A stretch of 32,000 nt of DNA, from assembly GCA_001552015.1 (NCBI GenBank), contig CP010514.1:480001-512000 (forward strand), given 5' to 3'. Under the pieces are notes generated by a model, which was not told the DNA's origin, searched no databases, and saw only the letters and a list, made by a program, of their open reading frames with translations. Within the stretch, counting starts at the first letter, position 1, and every line of letters begins with the position of its first letter. Shown here one piece after another: positions 14,343 to 23,209 of this stretch. Both the position numbers and the translations under genes were made by a program. The DNA comes from Candidatus Nanopusillus acidilobi. Lineage in GTDB: Archaea; Nanobdellota; Nanobdellia; Nanobdellales; Nanobdellaceae.

Positions 14343-14796
14343 TTCAAAGGATATTGAAGTAAAAACAATTGAATATGATTTTCCAGAAATAGGTAAGTCA
14401 TTACTTTATGTATTTAAATGTAATTCTTGCGGTTATAAAACATATGAAATAATACCATTAGAAGATAGAGGCTATGTAAAAATAGAATATAAGATAGATA
14501 ATATAGAAAAAACAAGAAAGTTATTTTTAAAATCTCCTTATGCAAAAATAATATTAAAAGAAATTGAAATAGAGATAAATCCAGGTATTGAATCAAAATT
14601 TGAAATTAGAGCAATAGATGATTTTTTAATGAATGTAAAAAATAATTTAGAAAGCTTTAGGATACTATATTCTGATGATAAAGAAAAATATGACAAAATA
14701 GTAGAAAAAATAAATTATATAGAAGATGTATTGAATAATAAAAGGGAATTAACTATAATAATAGAAGATGAAAAGGGATTATCAAAAATATATTAA
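14308..14796 (+). CDS. ZPR1-type zinc finger protein (COG1779)
   Basis: 162 aa. CPVCNSKDIEVKTIEYDFPEIGKSLLYVFKCNSCGYKTYEI followed by KSPYAKIILKEIEIEINPG fits the ZPR1 zinc finger plus A-domain pattern. Confidence 0.8.
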   Translation: MIILTDSCPVCNSKDIEVKTIEYDFPEIGKSLLYVFKCNSCGYKTYEIIPLEDRGYVKIEYKIDNIEKTRKLFLKSPYAKIILKEIEIEINPGIESKFEIRAIDDFLMNVKNNLESFRILYSDDKEKYDKIVEKINYIEDVLNNKRELTIIIEDEKGLSKIY

Positions 14797-15185
14797 GATT
14801 CTTGACTTTCCTGTTTTACTTCCTCAACTACAGGCATTTGTTGCCCTCTCCAAATTCTTACATATGGTGGTGTAGCAATAATCCAATCCTTATTTACAGC
14901 AGCTATATCACCACCAATAGCATCTACAACAGACTTTATTCTAGATACAACTCTCTTTACTTCTACAAGATCCTTATCCGCATTTAATCCAGATATATCA
15001 ACAAATACTATATAATTTCTTTCCCTTAATGAATCCACAACTGCCTTAACTTCTGATGGATCTTTTATTCTAAATACTCTAACATAAATTTTTACCTCCT
15101 CAGCCTTCTGAGTAGGTATTACTTCTACATACTGATCAGAAGTTTCTTTCTTCTTTGACTTAAATATGTCTCCTAAAGATACCAT
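14793..15185 (-). CDS. sepF: Cell division protein SepF (FtsZ anchor)
   Basis: 130 aa. VFRIKDPSEVKAVVDSLRERNYIVFVDISGLNADKDLVEVKRVVSRIKSVVDAIGGDIAAVNKDWIIATPPYVRI aligns by eye with the SepF core (..vv-nl--l---------dfl-G---AiGGDI--i------tP--V-i). Confidence 0.8.
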   Translation of the reverse strand: MVSLGDIFKSKKKETSDQYVEVIPTQKAEEVKIYVRVFRIKDPSEVKAVVDSLRERNYIVFVDISGLNADKDLVEVKRVVSRIKSVVDAIGGDIAAVNKDWIIATPPYVRIWRGQQMPVVEEVKQESQES

Positions 15186-15254
15186 ATAAATATATATTTC
15201 TCTACCATTTTTATGCCTTTGGTTAATATTTTTGATTATCTTTTATGATATTAT

Positions 15255-15611
15255 TTACTTAGATTGTAAATTGGATTTCTTTAGTAAATCGTTTAATTCC
15301 TGCGTTAGAGAATTTAACTTTTCCTTATATATCTCAGACTGCTTTTTTAATTTTTCTGCTTCAACATTTAATATTTCTTTATCCTCATTTAGCTTATCTA
15401 TCAATTCTTTCTTATCTTTTTCTATTAATACATTACCTATCATGAAATAAACTTTCTTTCCATCTGGTAAGTTTGATAATTCCTTTAATGCATTCTCTGT
15501 TTCAGCTAGATCTTGTAAAACTTTTTGTCTTTTATTTTCTATTAATAAATATGCTTGTCTTAAATTTTCAAACTCTTCATACTTTGATGCTATTTCTTCT
15601 TCACTAACCAT
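15255..15611 (-). CDS. pfdB: Prefoldin beta subunit
   Basis: 118 aa with a two-coiled-coil architecture around a central beta hairpin (VYFMIGNVLIEKDKKELI). The size and pattern are typical of prefoldin beta. Confidence 0.8.
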   Translation of the reverse strand: MVSEEEIASKYEEFENLRQAYLLIENKRQKVLQDLAETENALKELSNLPDGKKVYFMIGNVLIEKDKKELIDKLNEDKEILNVEAEKLKKQSEIYKEKLNSLTQELNDLLKKSNLQSK

Positions 15612-15640
15612 CTTTATATATTATAAAATTCATTTAAAAA

Positions 15641-17353
15641 TTATTTATGCATATATATTAAGTAATCCTTTTCCCTCTTAAAGAAACCATATCTTATTCC
15701 ATGAATTACTTCCCCATCTTTTGTTAATTCTAATACATATTTTTCTGCAATTGCATCTATCATACCATCTTTTTCCCATATTTTTATATTAATTTTATAT
15801 TCTTCAGGTACCCATTGGACAATTTTTGCATTCAATTTTCTTGCATCTTCTATACCATCTGATAAATATTTAGCAATAATATAATCTTCCTTTTTATCTA
15901 TTATTTCAATATTAAATCCTTCAAATAATCTTAAATATTTATTATTTATATCATTTCTATCTATATAAATTATATTAGATTTTATTATAAATTCTCTATA
16001 TCCTAGATCTACTTCTGGATGATTTTTAACTTTTATTATTTTATTTGATGATAAATCATTTATTATAACTTTTATTGGATTTCTTATTATAAAAAATCTC
16101 TTAGCCTTTTTATCATATATTTCTCTATTATATGTATATATTTTATCCCAATTTATAATTACATCTACAGGATTTGGACCTATTTCTATTATATATTTTC
16201 TTATTGCCTCTCTATCAATTCCTCTTCTTTTTAATCCTTTTAATGTTGGTAAAAATGGATCATCCCATCCAGATATTTTTCCTTCTTTTATTAATTTCCT
16301 TATTTCAGATTTATGTAATGGTAAATCTTTTACTAATAGAGCCCCATAATTTATTATTGTTGGAAATTCCCAACCAAAATATTCATAAATATATTTTTGT
16401 TTATATGCATTTACTTCATGCTCTTTCATTCTCAAAACATGTGTTATTTCCATTAAATGATCATCTATTGATACAGAAAAATTATATGTTGGCCATAACC
16501 AGTATCTTTCTGCATAATTTTCTCCATATTTTTGTAATAAATATGGATGGGGATTTTTATTTGGATTAACAATCCTAAATGCAATCCAATCTCTTATAGA
16601 TGGATTTGGATGATTTAGATCAGTTTTAATCCTTATTACTGCCTTTTCTTCATCATAATATCCATTTAACATCTTTTCAAACTGTTCTAAATGCCATTCA
16701 GGTTCTTTTAATCTATATTCTGTAGGAATTCCTTCTGCTCTATATTTTGATATTATTTCTTTTGGAGAAAGATCTACATATGCAAATCCCTTTTCAATTA
16801 ATTCCTTTATATATTTATAATATATATCTAATCTTTCAGATTGTATATAAAATTCATCTACTTTATCATTTATTAACCATTCAACATCCTCCTTTATTGA
16901 TTCATATACATTTGGATCAGGTTTCTTAACCTTTGGATCTGTATCTTCAATCCTTAAAATAAATTTCCCTTTATACATTTTTGCATATTCATAATTCAAT
17001 ATAATTGCCCTTGCATGACCTATATGTAAATATCCTGAAGGATTTGGAGCAAATCTTGTCCTAACTTTACCTTCTATTGCATTCTTTAATGCTGGCAACC
17101 CTTTTCTTTCCTCTTTTTTCTTTTCTTCTAATAATTCTGGATATTCTTTTAATAATATATTATAAGCTTCTTCTCTAGATATATTAATTAAATTATTTAT
17201 TTCTTCTTTAACTTTTGGGATTATTTCTTTTATATTTTTCTTTAAATCAGGATTTTCATATACTATTTTTGATACAACAGAATTTAAATCTACATTTCCA
17301 TACTTATATTTATTATATAATACCCATTTTTTTATTAATTTATCTATATCCAT
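15641..17353 (-). CDS. gltX: Glutamyl-tRNA synthetase (archaeal type)
   Basis: 570 aa. It has the class I HIGH motif in RFAPNPSGYLHIGHARA. Its length and overall pattern fit archaeal GluRS, and GatD in the same window is consistent with a non-discriminating enzyme. Confidence 0.9.
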   Translation of the reverse strand: MDIDKLIKKWVLYNKYKYGNVDLNSVVSKIVYENPDLKKNIKEIIPKVKEEINNLINISREEAYNILLKEYPELLEEKKKEERKGLPALKNAIEGKVRTRFAPNPSGYLHIGHARAIILNYEYAKMYKGKFILRIEDTDPKVKKPDPNVYESIKEDVEWLINDKVDEFYIQSERLDIYYKYIKELIEKGFAYVDLSPKEIISKYRAEGIPTEYRLKEPEWHLEQFEKMLNGYYDEEKAVIRIKTDLNHPNPSIRDWIAFRIVNPNKNPHPYLLQKYGENYAERYWLWPTYNFSVSIDDHLMEITHVLRMKEHEVNAYKQKYIYEYFGWEFPTIINYGALLVKDLPLHKSEIRKLIKEGKISGWDDPFLPTLKGLKRRGIDREAIRKYIIEIGPNPVDVIINWDKIYTYNREIYDKKAKRFFIIRNPIKVIINDLSSNKIIKVKNHPEVDLGYREFIIKSNIIYIDRNDINNKYLRLFEGFNIEIIDKKEDYIIAKYLSDGIEDARKLNAKIVQWVPEEYKINIKIWEKDGMIDAIAEKYVLELTKDGEVIHGIRYGFFKREKDYLIYMHK

Positions 17354-17354
17354 C

Positions 17355-17558
17355 TTATAATACTCTTATTGCCCACTTACCCTCTTTTAAATTTAATTTC
17401 TTAGAGAATTCAGAATTATTTTGATTCACAATTACAATAAATCCAGAATAATCCTCAGATAAATCTGTAGAACCACAATATGGACATCTATCTACATCTT
17501 TATCAATTATTGCTTTACAATTTCTACATATTTTTCTTTTTGGTTTTTTATATGCCAT
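17355..17558 (-). CDS. spt4: Transcription elongation factor Spt4 (RpoE'')
   Basis: 67 aa. It has the zinc ribbon CRNC...CPYCGS, then DYSGFIVIVNQNNSEFSKKLNLKEGKWAIRV. It lies directly downstream of rpoE', the conserved arrangement. Confidence 0.85.
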   Translation of the reverse strand: MAYKKPKRKICRNCKAIIDKDVDRCPYCGSTDLSEDYSGFIVIVNQNNSEFSKKLNLKEGKWAIRVL

Positions 17559-18103
17559 TATTTACCAGATTTTTTCTTTTGTTCAAGCCACTCCAATTTC
17601 CCCAATCCTGGTTGTTTCATTGTCATTGCAATCCTTGCATTTGATACACCTTTATAACTTACTGTAACTATTCTTGCTTTTACCATATCATTTACTTTCA
17701 ATACTTTTCTGCTATTTTTTCCAATTAAAGCTTCCTTTCCAGAGACTGATACTTCATCATCCATTATTTGAGAAATATGAACTAATCCATCTATAGGTCC
17801 TATATTTATAAATGCTCCAAATTCTGTTATAGATGACACAAATCCATATGTTAATTCAGAAATAATTGGTAAATATGAAATTGCAGTAAATTTTACTTTA
17901 TAATATACTCCTCCATCTTCAAAAACCATTATACCTTCAGATATTTCATCTATAGATTTTATTGTTACAATTATCCCATATTCTTTTCCACTCATTCCAA
18001 CATAATTATTTAATAATATCTTTTCTATCATTTCATTTACATTATCTGTTATTTCATTTGGCGGTACCCTTACTACATCATATATTTGAACTTCGTAAAA
18101 CAT
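17558..18103 (-). CDS. rpoE: RNA polymerase subunit E' (Rpo7) with S1 domain
   Basis: 181 aa. The N-terminus MFYEVQIYDVVRVPP and the S1 fold region GFVSSITEFGAFINIGPIDGLVHISQI fit subunit E'. Confidence 0.85.
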   Translation of the reverse strand: MFYEVQIYDVVRVPPNEITDNVNEMIEKILLNNYVGMSGKEYGIIVTIKSIDEISEGIMVFEDGGVYYKVKFTAISYLPIISELTYGFVSSITEFGAFINIGPIDGLVHISQIMDDEVSVSGKEALIGKNSRKVLKVNDMVKARIVTVSYKGVSNARIAMTMKQPGLGKLEWLEQKKKSGK

Positions 18104-18171
18104 TATTAGAATGATTTTATAAATTTTTATAAATCTTTGTAATTTTTATTTTTTTGCAATAAAAAATTATT

Positions 18172-19563
18172 ATGAGCATAACAATAAATAATCTAATTAA
18201 ATTCTATCAAAATAATAAAGAGATTCTGGAAGATATGGTAAAAATTTCACAAAATAGAGAAGTTGGATATTTATTATCAAATAATAGTTTTGGACATAGA
18301 CCATCAAAAATAGAAACAGAAGATGATATAATAAATTATATTAAAAAGGGTGCTATTTCATTTCATATATCACTTGAGAGATGGATTGATCTAAATATTT
18401 TGAGTGAAAAAGTTTCAAAAAAAGATTTAAATGAATATAGATTAGGATGGGATTTTATAATAGATATAGATACAAAATCTTTAGATCTATCAAAAGTTAC
18501 TGCAAGAATTATCTTTGATTATTTAAAAGAAAAAAATATTAATCCTATATATATAAAATATTCTGGAGGAAAAGGATTTCATATAGCAATTCCATGGGAA
18601 GTATTTCCAGAAACAATAAATATATATAAAAAGGATAATGTTATAGAAGAAGAAACAAGGAAATTATTTCCGGATCTTGCAAGAATATTAGCATTATATA
18701 TATCAAAGGAAATAGAAGAGAAGTTAAAGAAAATAATATTATTGAAATTTAGTGAAGATGAATTAAAAGAATATGGGGTAAACGATATAGAAAAATTTAA
18801 TCCATATGATATAATTGAAATAGATACAATATTAATATCATCAAGACATTTAATTAGATGTTTATATTCAATAAATGAAAAAACAGGAAATTTATCTATA
18901 CCAATAAAAGAAAACTATATAGAAAAATTAAATCCTGAAGATTCCAATATAAATAATTATTCATATGAAGGTATACCATATTTAACTGAAGATTTAGAAA
19001 GAAAAGAATCAAAGGAATTAAAAAAATTAATTAATGATTCTTTATTATGGAAAATAAAAAATGAATTTGAAGTAAGAAAAATTAGTCAATTAGCAGAAAA
19101 TTACAAAAATCAGGAAGGGATTGAGGAAGCAAAAAAAGATGTAGAAGAAATAAAGAAAAGAAAAATAGAAATAACTGAAGATTTATTTCCCCCATGTATA
19201 AAAAATATATTAAATAATAAAGAAATGGATGATGGAAGAAAAAGATCTTTATTTATATTAATAAATTTCTTTGCAAATATCGGATGGGATTGGGATAAAA
19301 TTGAAAGATATATAAAAGAATGGAATGAAAGTTTACAGGATCCATTAAGAGATAGATATGTAGAATATCAATTAGAATGGCATAAGAAATTATATAAAAA
19401 TAATAAAAAATATTTAACTCCAAATTGCAATAATGAAATATATTATAAAGATATTGGAGTATGCACACCAGATAATATTTGTTCATTAATTAAAAATCCT
19501 TTGTCATATCCAATTAAAAAAATTAAAAATATAAAATCTTCTCAGGATTCTCAAAATAATTAA
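18172..19563 (+). CDS. Fused archaeo-eukaryotic primase: PriS catalytic domain plus PriL-type Fe-S C-terminal domain in one polypeptide
   Basis: 463 aa. The N-terminal half has the AEP motifs GWDFIIDIDTK (DxD) and YSGGKGFHIAIPW. The C-terminal half has LFPPCIKNILNN...GRKRSLFILINFFANIGW, which is the PriL FPPC region, plus three further Cys (TPNC, GVC, NIC) that could complete a 4Fe-4S site. Confidence 0.8.
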   Translation: MSITINNLIKFYQNNKEILEDMVKISQNREVGYLLSNNSFGHRPSKIETEDDIINYIKKGAISFHISLERWIDLNILSEKVSKKDLNEYRLGWDFIIDIDTKSLDLSKVTARIIFDYLKEKNINPIYIKYSGGKGFHIAIPWEVFPETINIYKKDNVIEEETRKLFPDLARILALYISKEIEEKLKKIILLKFSEDELKEYGVNDIEKFNPYDIIEIDTILISSRHLIRCLYSINEKTGNLSIPIKENYIEKLNPEDSNINNYSYEGIPYLTEDLERKESKELKKLINDSLLWKIKNEFEVRKISQLAENYKNQEGIEEAKKDVEEIKKRKIEITEDLFPPCIKNILNNKEMDDGRKRSLFILINFFANIGWDWDKIERYIKEWNESLQDPLRDRYVEYQLEWHKKLYKNNKKYLTPNCNNEIYYKDIGVCTPDNICSLIKNPLSYPIKKIKNIKSSQDSQNN

Positions 19564-19909
19564 TATAGAATTTTATTTCATCAATATGTTTTCTTAAATC
19601 TTCAACTTCTCTTACTCTAAAATATTTAAAGAATTTTCTTCTTTCAACATCATTTATAATCATTCCATCAGATTCTAACAAATTTCTTACATATTTGTAT
19701 AATATTCTTCCTTTATTATCATTATCTGTTAATATAATTGCCTCTCTATAATTTAAAAATACTCCATCATCCCTTCTTAATTCATATAGCGTATATACAT
19801 TATTAAATCCGAATTCTTTTAATACTTCCTTATCTTTTTTACCTTCCACAATTATAATAGAATCCTTTTTCTCCCTTAACCTATGCAAAAAAGATATTGC
19901 CTTATACAT
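19523..19909 (-). CDS. Small stand-alone Toprim domain protein (RNase M5/DnaG-core-like, COG1658)
   Basis: 128 aa. It has IIIVEGKKDKEVL (Toprim Glu) and AIILTDNDNKG (DxD). Its 3' end overlaps the convergent primase ORF by 41 nt. Confidence 0.75.
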   Translation of the reverse strand: MYKAISFLHRLREKKDSIIIVEGKKDKEVLKEFGFNNVYTLYELRRDDGVFLNYREAIILTDNDNKGRILYKYVRNLLESDGMIINDVERRKFFKYFRVREVEDLRKHIDEIKFYINYFENPEKILYF

Positions 19910-19953
19910 TATAAAAAGTTTAACTTTTAATTATTAAAGTTTTTTTATTTATT

Positions 19954-20439
19954 ATGCCACCAAAGGAAAGGGTTGTTGATGGTAAGACATTCTCATATAC
20001 TGGATTAATTGACTTTCAAAAATTCTATAAATCAATGAAAGAATATTGGGATAATAAAGGATTTGACTTTTTTGAAAATAAACATGAAGAGAAAGTAAAA
20101 GATGATGGATCTAGATCTATAAATTTAGAATGGCATATAGAAAAGAAAATAACGGATTACGTAACATATAGTTATGATATATATATTACAATAGATACAT
20201 TAAAATTATTAGATAATATGAAACAGTATGCAGAAAATCTAAATATAAAAATAAATGGGGATTTAATAACAGATTATCAAAAATATTTTGGAGACAAGCC
20301 ATTTACTATATTTCTTAGAGGATTATTTGAAAAATATTTATATGATAGTGAATTAAAGGATCATAAGAAAAGTATTGGAAAAATTGCAGATGATTTTCTA
20401 AATTTAGCAAAGGACTTTACAGCATCATTTAAACTATGA
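19954..20439 (+). CDS. Hypothetical protein (161 aa), first of a tandem pair
   Basis: ORF track. It appears soluble and is Lys/Glu/Tyr/Phe-rich. No family recognised. There is an ATGA overlap with the next gene. Confidence 0.5.
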   Translation: MPPKERVVDGKTFSYTGLIDFQKFYKSMKEYWDNKGFDFFENKHEEKVKDDGSRSINLEWHIEKKITDYVTYSYDIYITIDTLKLLDNMKQYAENLNIKINGDLITDYQKYFGDKPFTIFLRGLFEKYLYDSELKDHKKSIGKIADDFLNLAKDFTASFKL

Positions 20440-20978
20440 CTTGGGAAACGGTATATAAAACAAGGGTAAGGTCAAAAATAAAATTTGTTCCACAGGATTT
20501 TTATGAAAAATTCAAAAAATTCCTTGAAAATAATAAATGGGAAGGGATATTTAAAAAAGATAGATATGAAAAATATTATTTTCATAGATTAACTCCTGAA
20601 GGATTATTGTTTGTAGAAGCTAAATGGGAAGCTTATAAAAATTATTGGAAAGAAGAACCAAAAATTGATTGGAAAGTTGAATTAACAATAATTATTAACG
20701 CTTATAATATAAATACATCTATTGGTGATTTAGATATAAGTATAGAAGGTTCTCATAATGTAGAAGAATTTAACAATTTTGATATAAGTAAGGCTAGTAG
20801 AACTGAAAAAATTTTATTAAGGTTAGGATTTTCAAAAGTATTGAGTCTAATGAAATCTAATCTAGAAAAAGTTAGAGGAAAAAAGAAATTAATAGAGATG
20901 TCTGGAAGAGATTTATATAATGATTCTGAAAAGATAAAAAATTTTGTACTAGATTACTTCAAATTATATAAATATTAG
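20436..20978 (+). CDS. Hypothetical protein (180 aa), second of a tandem pair, apparently distantly paralogous to 19954-20439
   Basis: ORF track. Both share a by-eye pattern (dF---F-K----N-----F------EK ... W-------- ... I-I-I ... C-terminal amphipathic helix ending DF/YF). No family recognised. Confidence 0.5.
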   Translation: MTWETVYKTRVRSKIKFVPQDFYEKFKKFLENNKWEGIFKKDRYEKYYFHRLTPEGLLFVEAKWEAYKNYWKEEPKIDWKVELTIIINAYNINTSIGDLDISIEGSHNVEEFNNFDISKASRTEKILLRLGFSKVLSLMKSNLEKVRGKKKLIEMSGRDLYNDSEKIKNFVLDYFKLYKY

Positions 20979-21352
20979 ATATTAAAAATTTCTATATTTA
21001 ATTCCTTTGCCTTATTTATTATTTGTTCTCTTTTTCTTTTTCCAACATTAGAAGCAATTATTGCACATTCTTTTTCCTTATCTATTTTTTCTAATTCTTC
21101 TAAATTATGTACCAATACAGGCCTCTTACCATTTGGCAATAATCCCTTTACTTCTCTTGGAGAACCATATCCAACTTCTACCATAGAAACTCTACTTTTT
21201 AATTTCCTTCTTATCTTATTATGTATACCCCTTGGTCTTCTCCATGATTCTTTCCTATTTCTCAATTTTATTACTTTCCACCATTGAAACCTAAGATAAT
21301 CTGGTTTTTTCCTCTTAATTATTTTCCTTAGTTTTAATAATTTATTCATCAT
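20975..21352 (-). CDS. rpl32e: Ribosomal protein L32e (eL32)
   Basis: 125 aa. WRRPRGIHNKIRRK...VEVGYGSPREVKGLLPNG...VLVHNLEELE...IIASNVGKRKR matches eL32. Confidence 0.9.
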   Translation of the reverse strand: MMNKLLKLRKIIKRKKPDYLRFQWWKVIKLRNRKESWRRPRGIHNKIRRKLKSRVSMVEVGYGSPREVKGLLPNGKRPVLVHNLEELEKIDKEKECAIIASNVGKRKREQIINKAKELNIEIFNI

Positions 21353-21882
21353 GGTTTTTGGATAATATAAATTCCGTCCTGGAACTTTCTTAAATCCTTT
21401 TCTCTTGGTTTTACTGAATTTTCTATTAATCCTGCAAGATTTCCTAATAATTCTATATCATGTCCCTCCAATGTGATTTCATTTTCATTTAATGTTGCTT
21501 TTACTCCTTGAGGTATTTCTATTTCTTTTATATCCCTTCCACCCATATAATTTTCAATTATTAATTTATTATTTTGCAATTTTAATTTCAATGGGAAGTG
21601 TATTGAAACACCCCTTAATTTATATACAAATCCTTTTGTTACGCCTTCAATATCATTTTTTATATGCGCAACCATTGTATTCATATCTCTAATTATTTTC
21701 TTTGAAGGAAAATATACCTTGAATATTATTTTATTTTCTTTTATTTCAACTATAATATTTCTGTTATTTATATTTCTATATTTTTCCCCCTTAGGTCCCT
21801 TTATATGTATTTTTCCATCTTCTATTGATACACTTACACTATTTGGTATTTCTACATAATCTATCATAATTGGAAGTCTCAT
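21349..21882 (-). CDS. rpl6: Ribosomal protein L6 (uL6)
   Basis: 177 aa. IPNSVSVSIEDGKIHIKGPKGE and the duplicated uL6 fold pattern are present. It overlaps rpl32e by 4 nt. Confidence 0.9.
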   Translation of the reverse strand: MRLPIMIDYVEIPNSVSVSIEDGKIHIKGPKGEKYRNINNRNIIVEIKENKIIFKVYFPSKKIIRDMNTMVAHIKNDIEGVTKGFVYKLRGVSIHFPLKLKLQNNKLIIENYMGGRDIKEIEIPQGVKATLNENEITLEGHDIELLGNLAGLIENSVKPREKDLRKFQDGIYIIQKP

Positions 21883-21913
21883 CTTATCTTTATATTATAA
21901 AAAATATTAAAAA

Positions 21914-22444
21914 TTATTCTTTTACAATATTTGCACCAAAATTGTTTTTTAAATATTCTATAACCTCTTCTTTTGTAGTTCTATGTCTTTCAGGTATTCT
22001 TGACCTCTTAATTCTCCTATACATTACTCTATATCCAGGTCTCCTAACAGTTACTATAACATCCATACCATATATACCAATTGATGGATCATATTTCATA
22101 CCAGGTATCCATACATATTCTTTTATTCCGAATCCAAAGTTTCCATATTTATCAAATTGAGATTCCTTCAATGTATTATTTACTGCTTTTAATAACCATT
22201 TTAATGTTTCTTCAGCCTTTTTACCCCTTATTGTCAATTTAACTCCAATTTCCAATCCTGGTCTAATTCCCCAGGCTTGTACCCTTTTCTTTGCTTTCGT
22301 TCTAACAGGTTTAAGATCCGGAAACATCTTTTTTAATAGTTTTTCTGCCTTCTCTAAAGGTTCACCAGGTTTACCTACTCCAATATTTATTGTTACTTTA
22401 TCAATAACAATTCTTCTCATTATATTATTTTTATTTGAGTTCAT
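21914..22444 (-). CDS. rpl5: Ribosomal protein L5 (uL5)
   Basis: 176 aa. MRRIVIDKVTINIGVGKPGEPLEKA...GIRPGLEIGVKLTIRGKKAEE...YGMDVIVTV matches uL5. Confidence 0.9.
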   Translation of the reverse strand: MNSNKNNIMRRIVIDKVTINIGVGKPGEPLEKAEKLLKKMFPDLKPVRTKAKKRVQAWGIRPGLEIGVKLTIRGKKAEETLKWLLKAVNNTLKESQFDKYGNFGFGIKEYVWIPGMKYDPSIGIYGMDVIVTVRRPGYRVMYRRIKRSRIPERHRTTKEEVIEYLKNNFGANIVKE

Positions 22445-23172
22445 CTTACAGTAATTAAAGGTTTTTCTTCGCCTATTACAATCGAATAATCAAATATTGT
22501 TTCCTCCTTTTTATTATTATCTATATTTATATATTCTATAAATCTTGTATGTCCAAAGGGTTTTTTGAGTATTTTTATATTCTCTAATTTTCCAATTGTA
22601 CTTACTTTTGCCCCATAGAATATGTATATTAAACTTCCCTTATTCATTTTTATTATCTTTTCTATTTTATTTTCTTTTGTATTAAATAAAATACTATCTC
22701 CTGTTTTTATATCTTTATCATCAATTATAAAATTCCTCCCATCAATTCCAGTAACCTGTATTTTTCCTCCCTTAACAAGATTCTTCCTCACAATTTTTAT
22801 TATTTTCAAATCTTTTTCCTGTTCTGGAATTTCAATTAATCTTAATTTTAAATTATCAGACATAACAACCCTATAATTTTTATTTAAATCCTTAATTGAT
22901 ATAACATCAAACAATCCAACATTATATCCCAGATCTTTTATTTTTTTATTATTAACCAAAACTTTTTCATTTCTTAGCAAATATTTTGCTTCTCTCTTAT
23001 TTTTTACAATTTTTAAATAATCTCTTAACCATAATAATATTGGCATACCATATTCAAACTTATATCCATTTGTTGCTGGCCTAATAATCCAATAATATTT
23101 CTTTCTACTTATTGGCCATGTTTTTGGTATTGTAATATTTCTTAAATGCCTTTTATTGGAAACATGAGCCAT
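22441..23172 (-). CDS. rps4e: Ribosomal protein S4e (eS4)
   Basis: 243 aa. KRHLRNITIPKTWPISRKKYYWIIRPATNG...MPILLWLRDYLK matches eS4. Confidence 0.9.
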   Translation of the reverse strand: MAHVSNKRHLRNITIPKTWPISRKKYYWIIRPATNGYKFEYGMPILLWLRDYLKIVKNKREAKYLLRNEKVLVNNKKIKDLGYNVGLFDVISIKDLNKNYRVVMSDNLKLRLIEIPEQEKDLKIIKIVRKNLVKGGKIQVTGIDGRNFIIDDKDIKTGDSILFNTKENKIEKIIKMNKGSLIYIFYGAKVSTIGKLENIKILKKPFGHTRFIEYINIDNNKKEETIFDYSIVIGEEKPLITVR

Positions 23173-23209
23173 TTTATTATTTTTTAATAACTATTTTTAA
23201 AATATTTTC

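Noticed and set aside
16174-16569. 131-aa + strand ORF, plus the similar ones at 16747-16929 and 17215-17424
   Set aside because: These are antisense shadows inside gltX and spt4, whose homology on the minus strand is clear. The products are Leu/Phe/Ile-rich nonsense.
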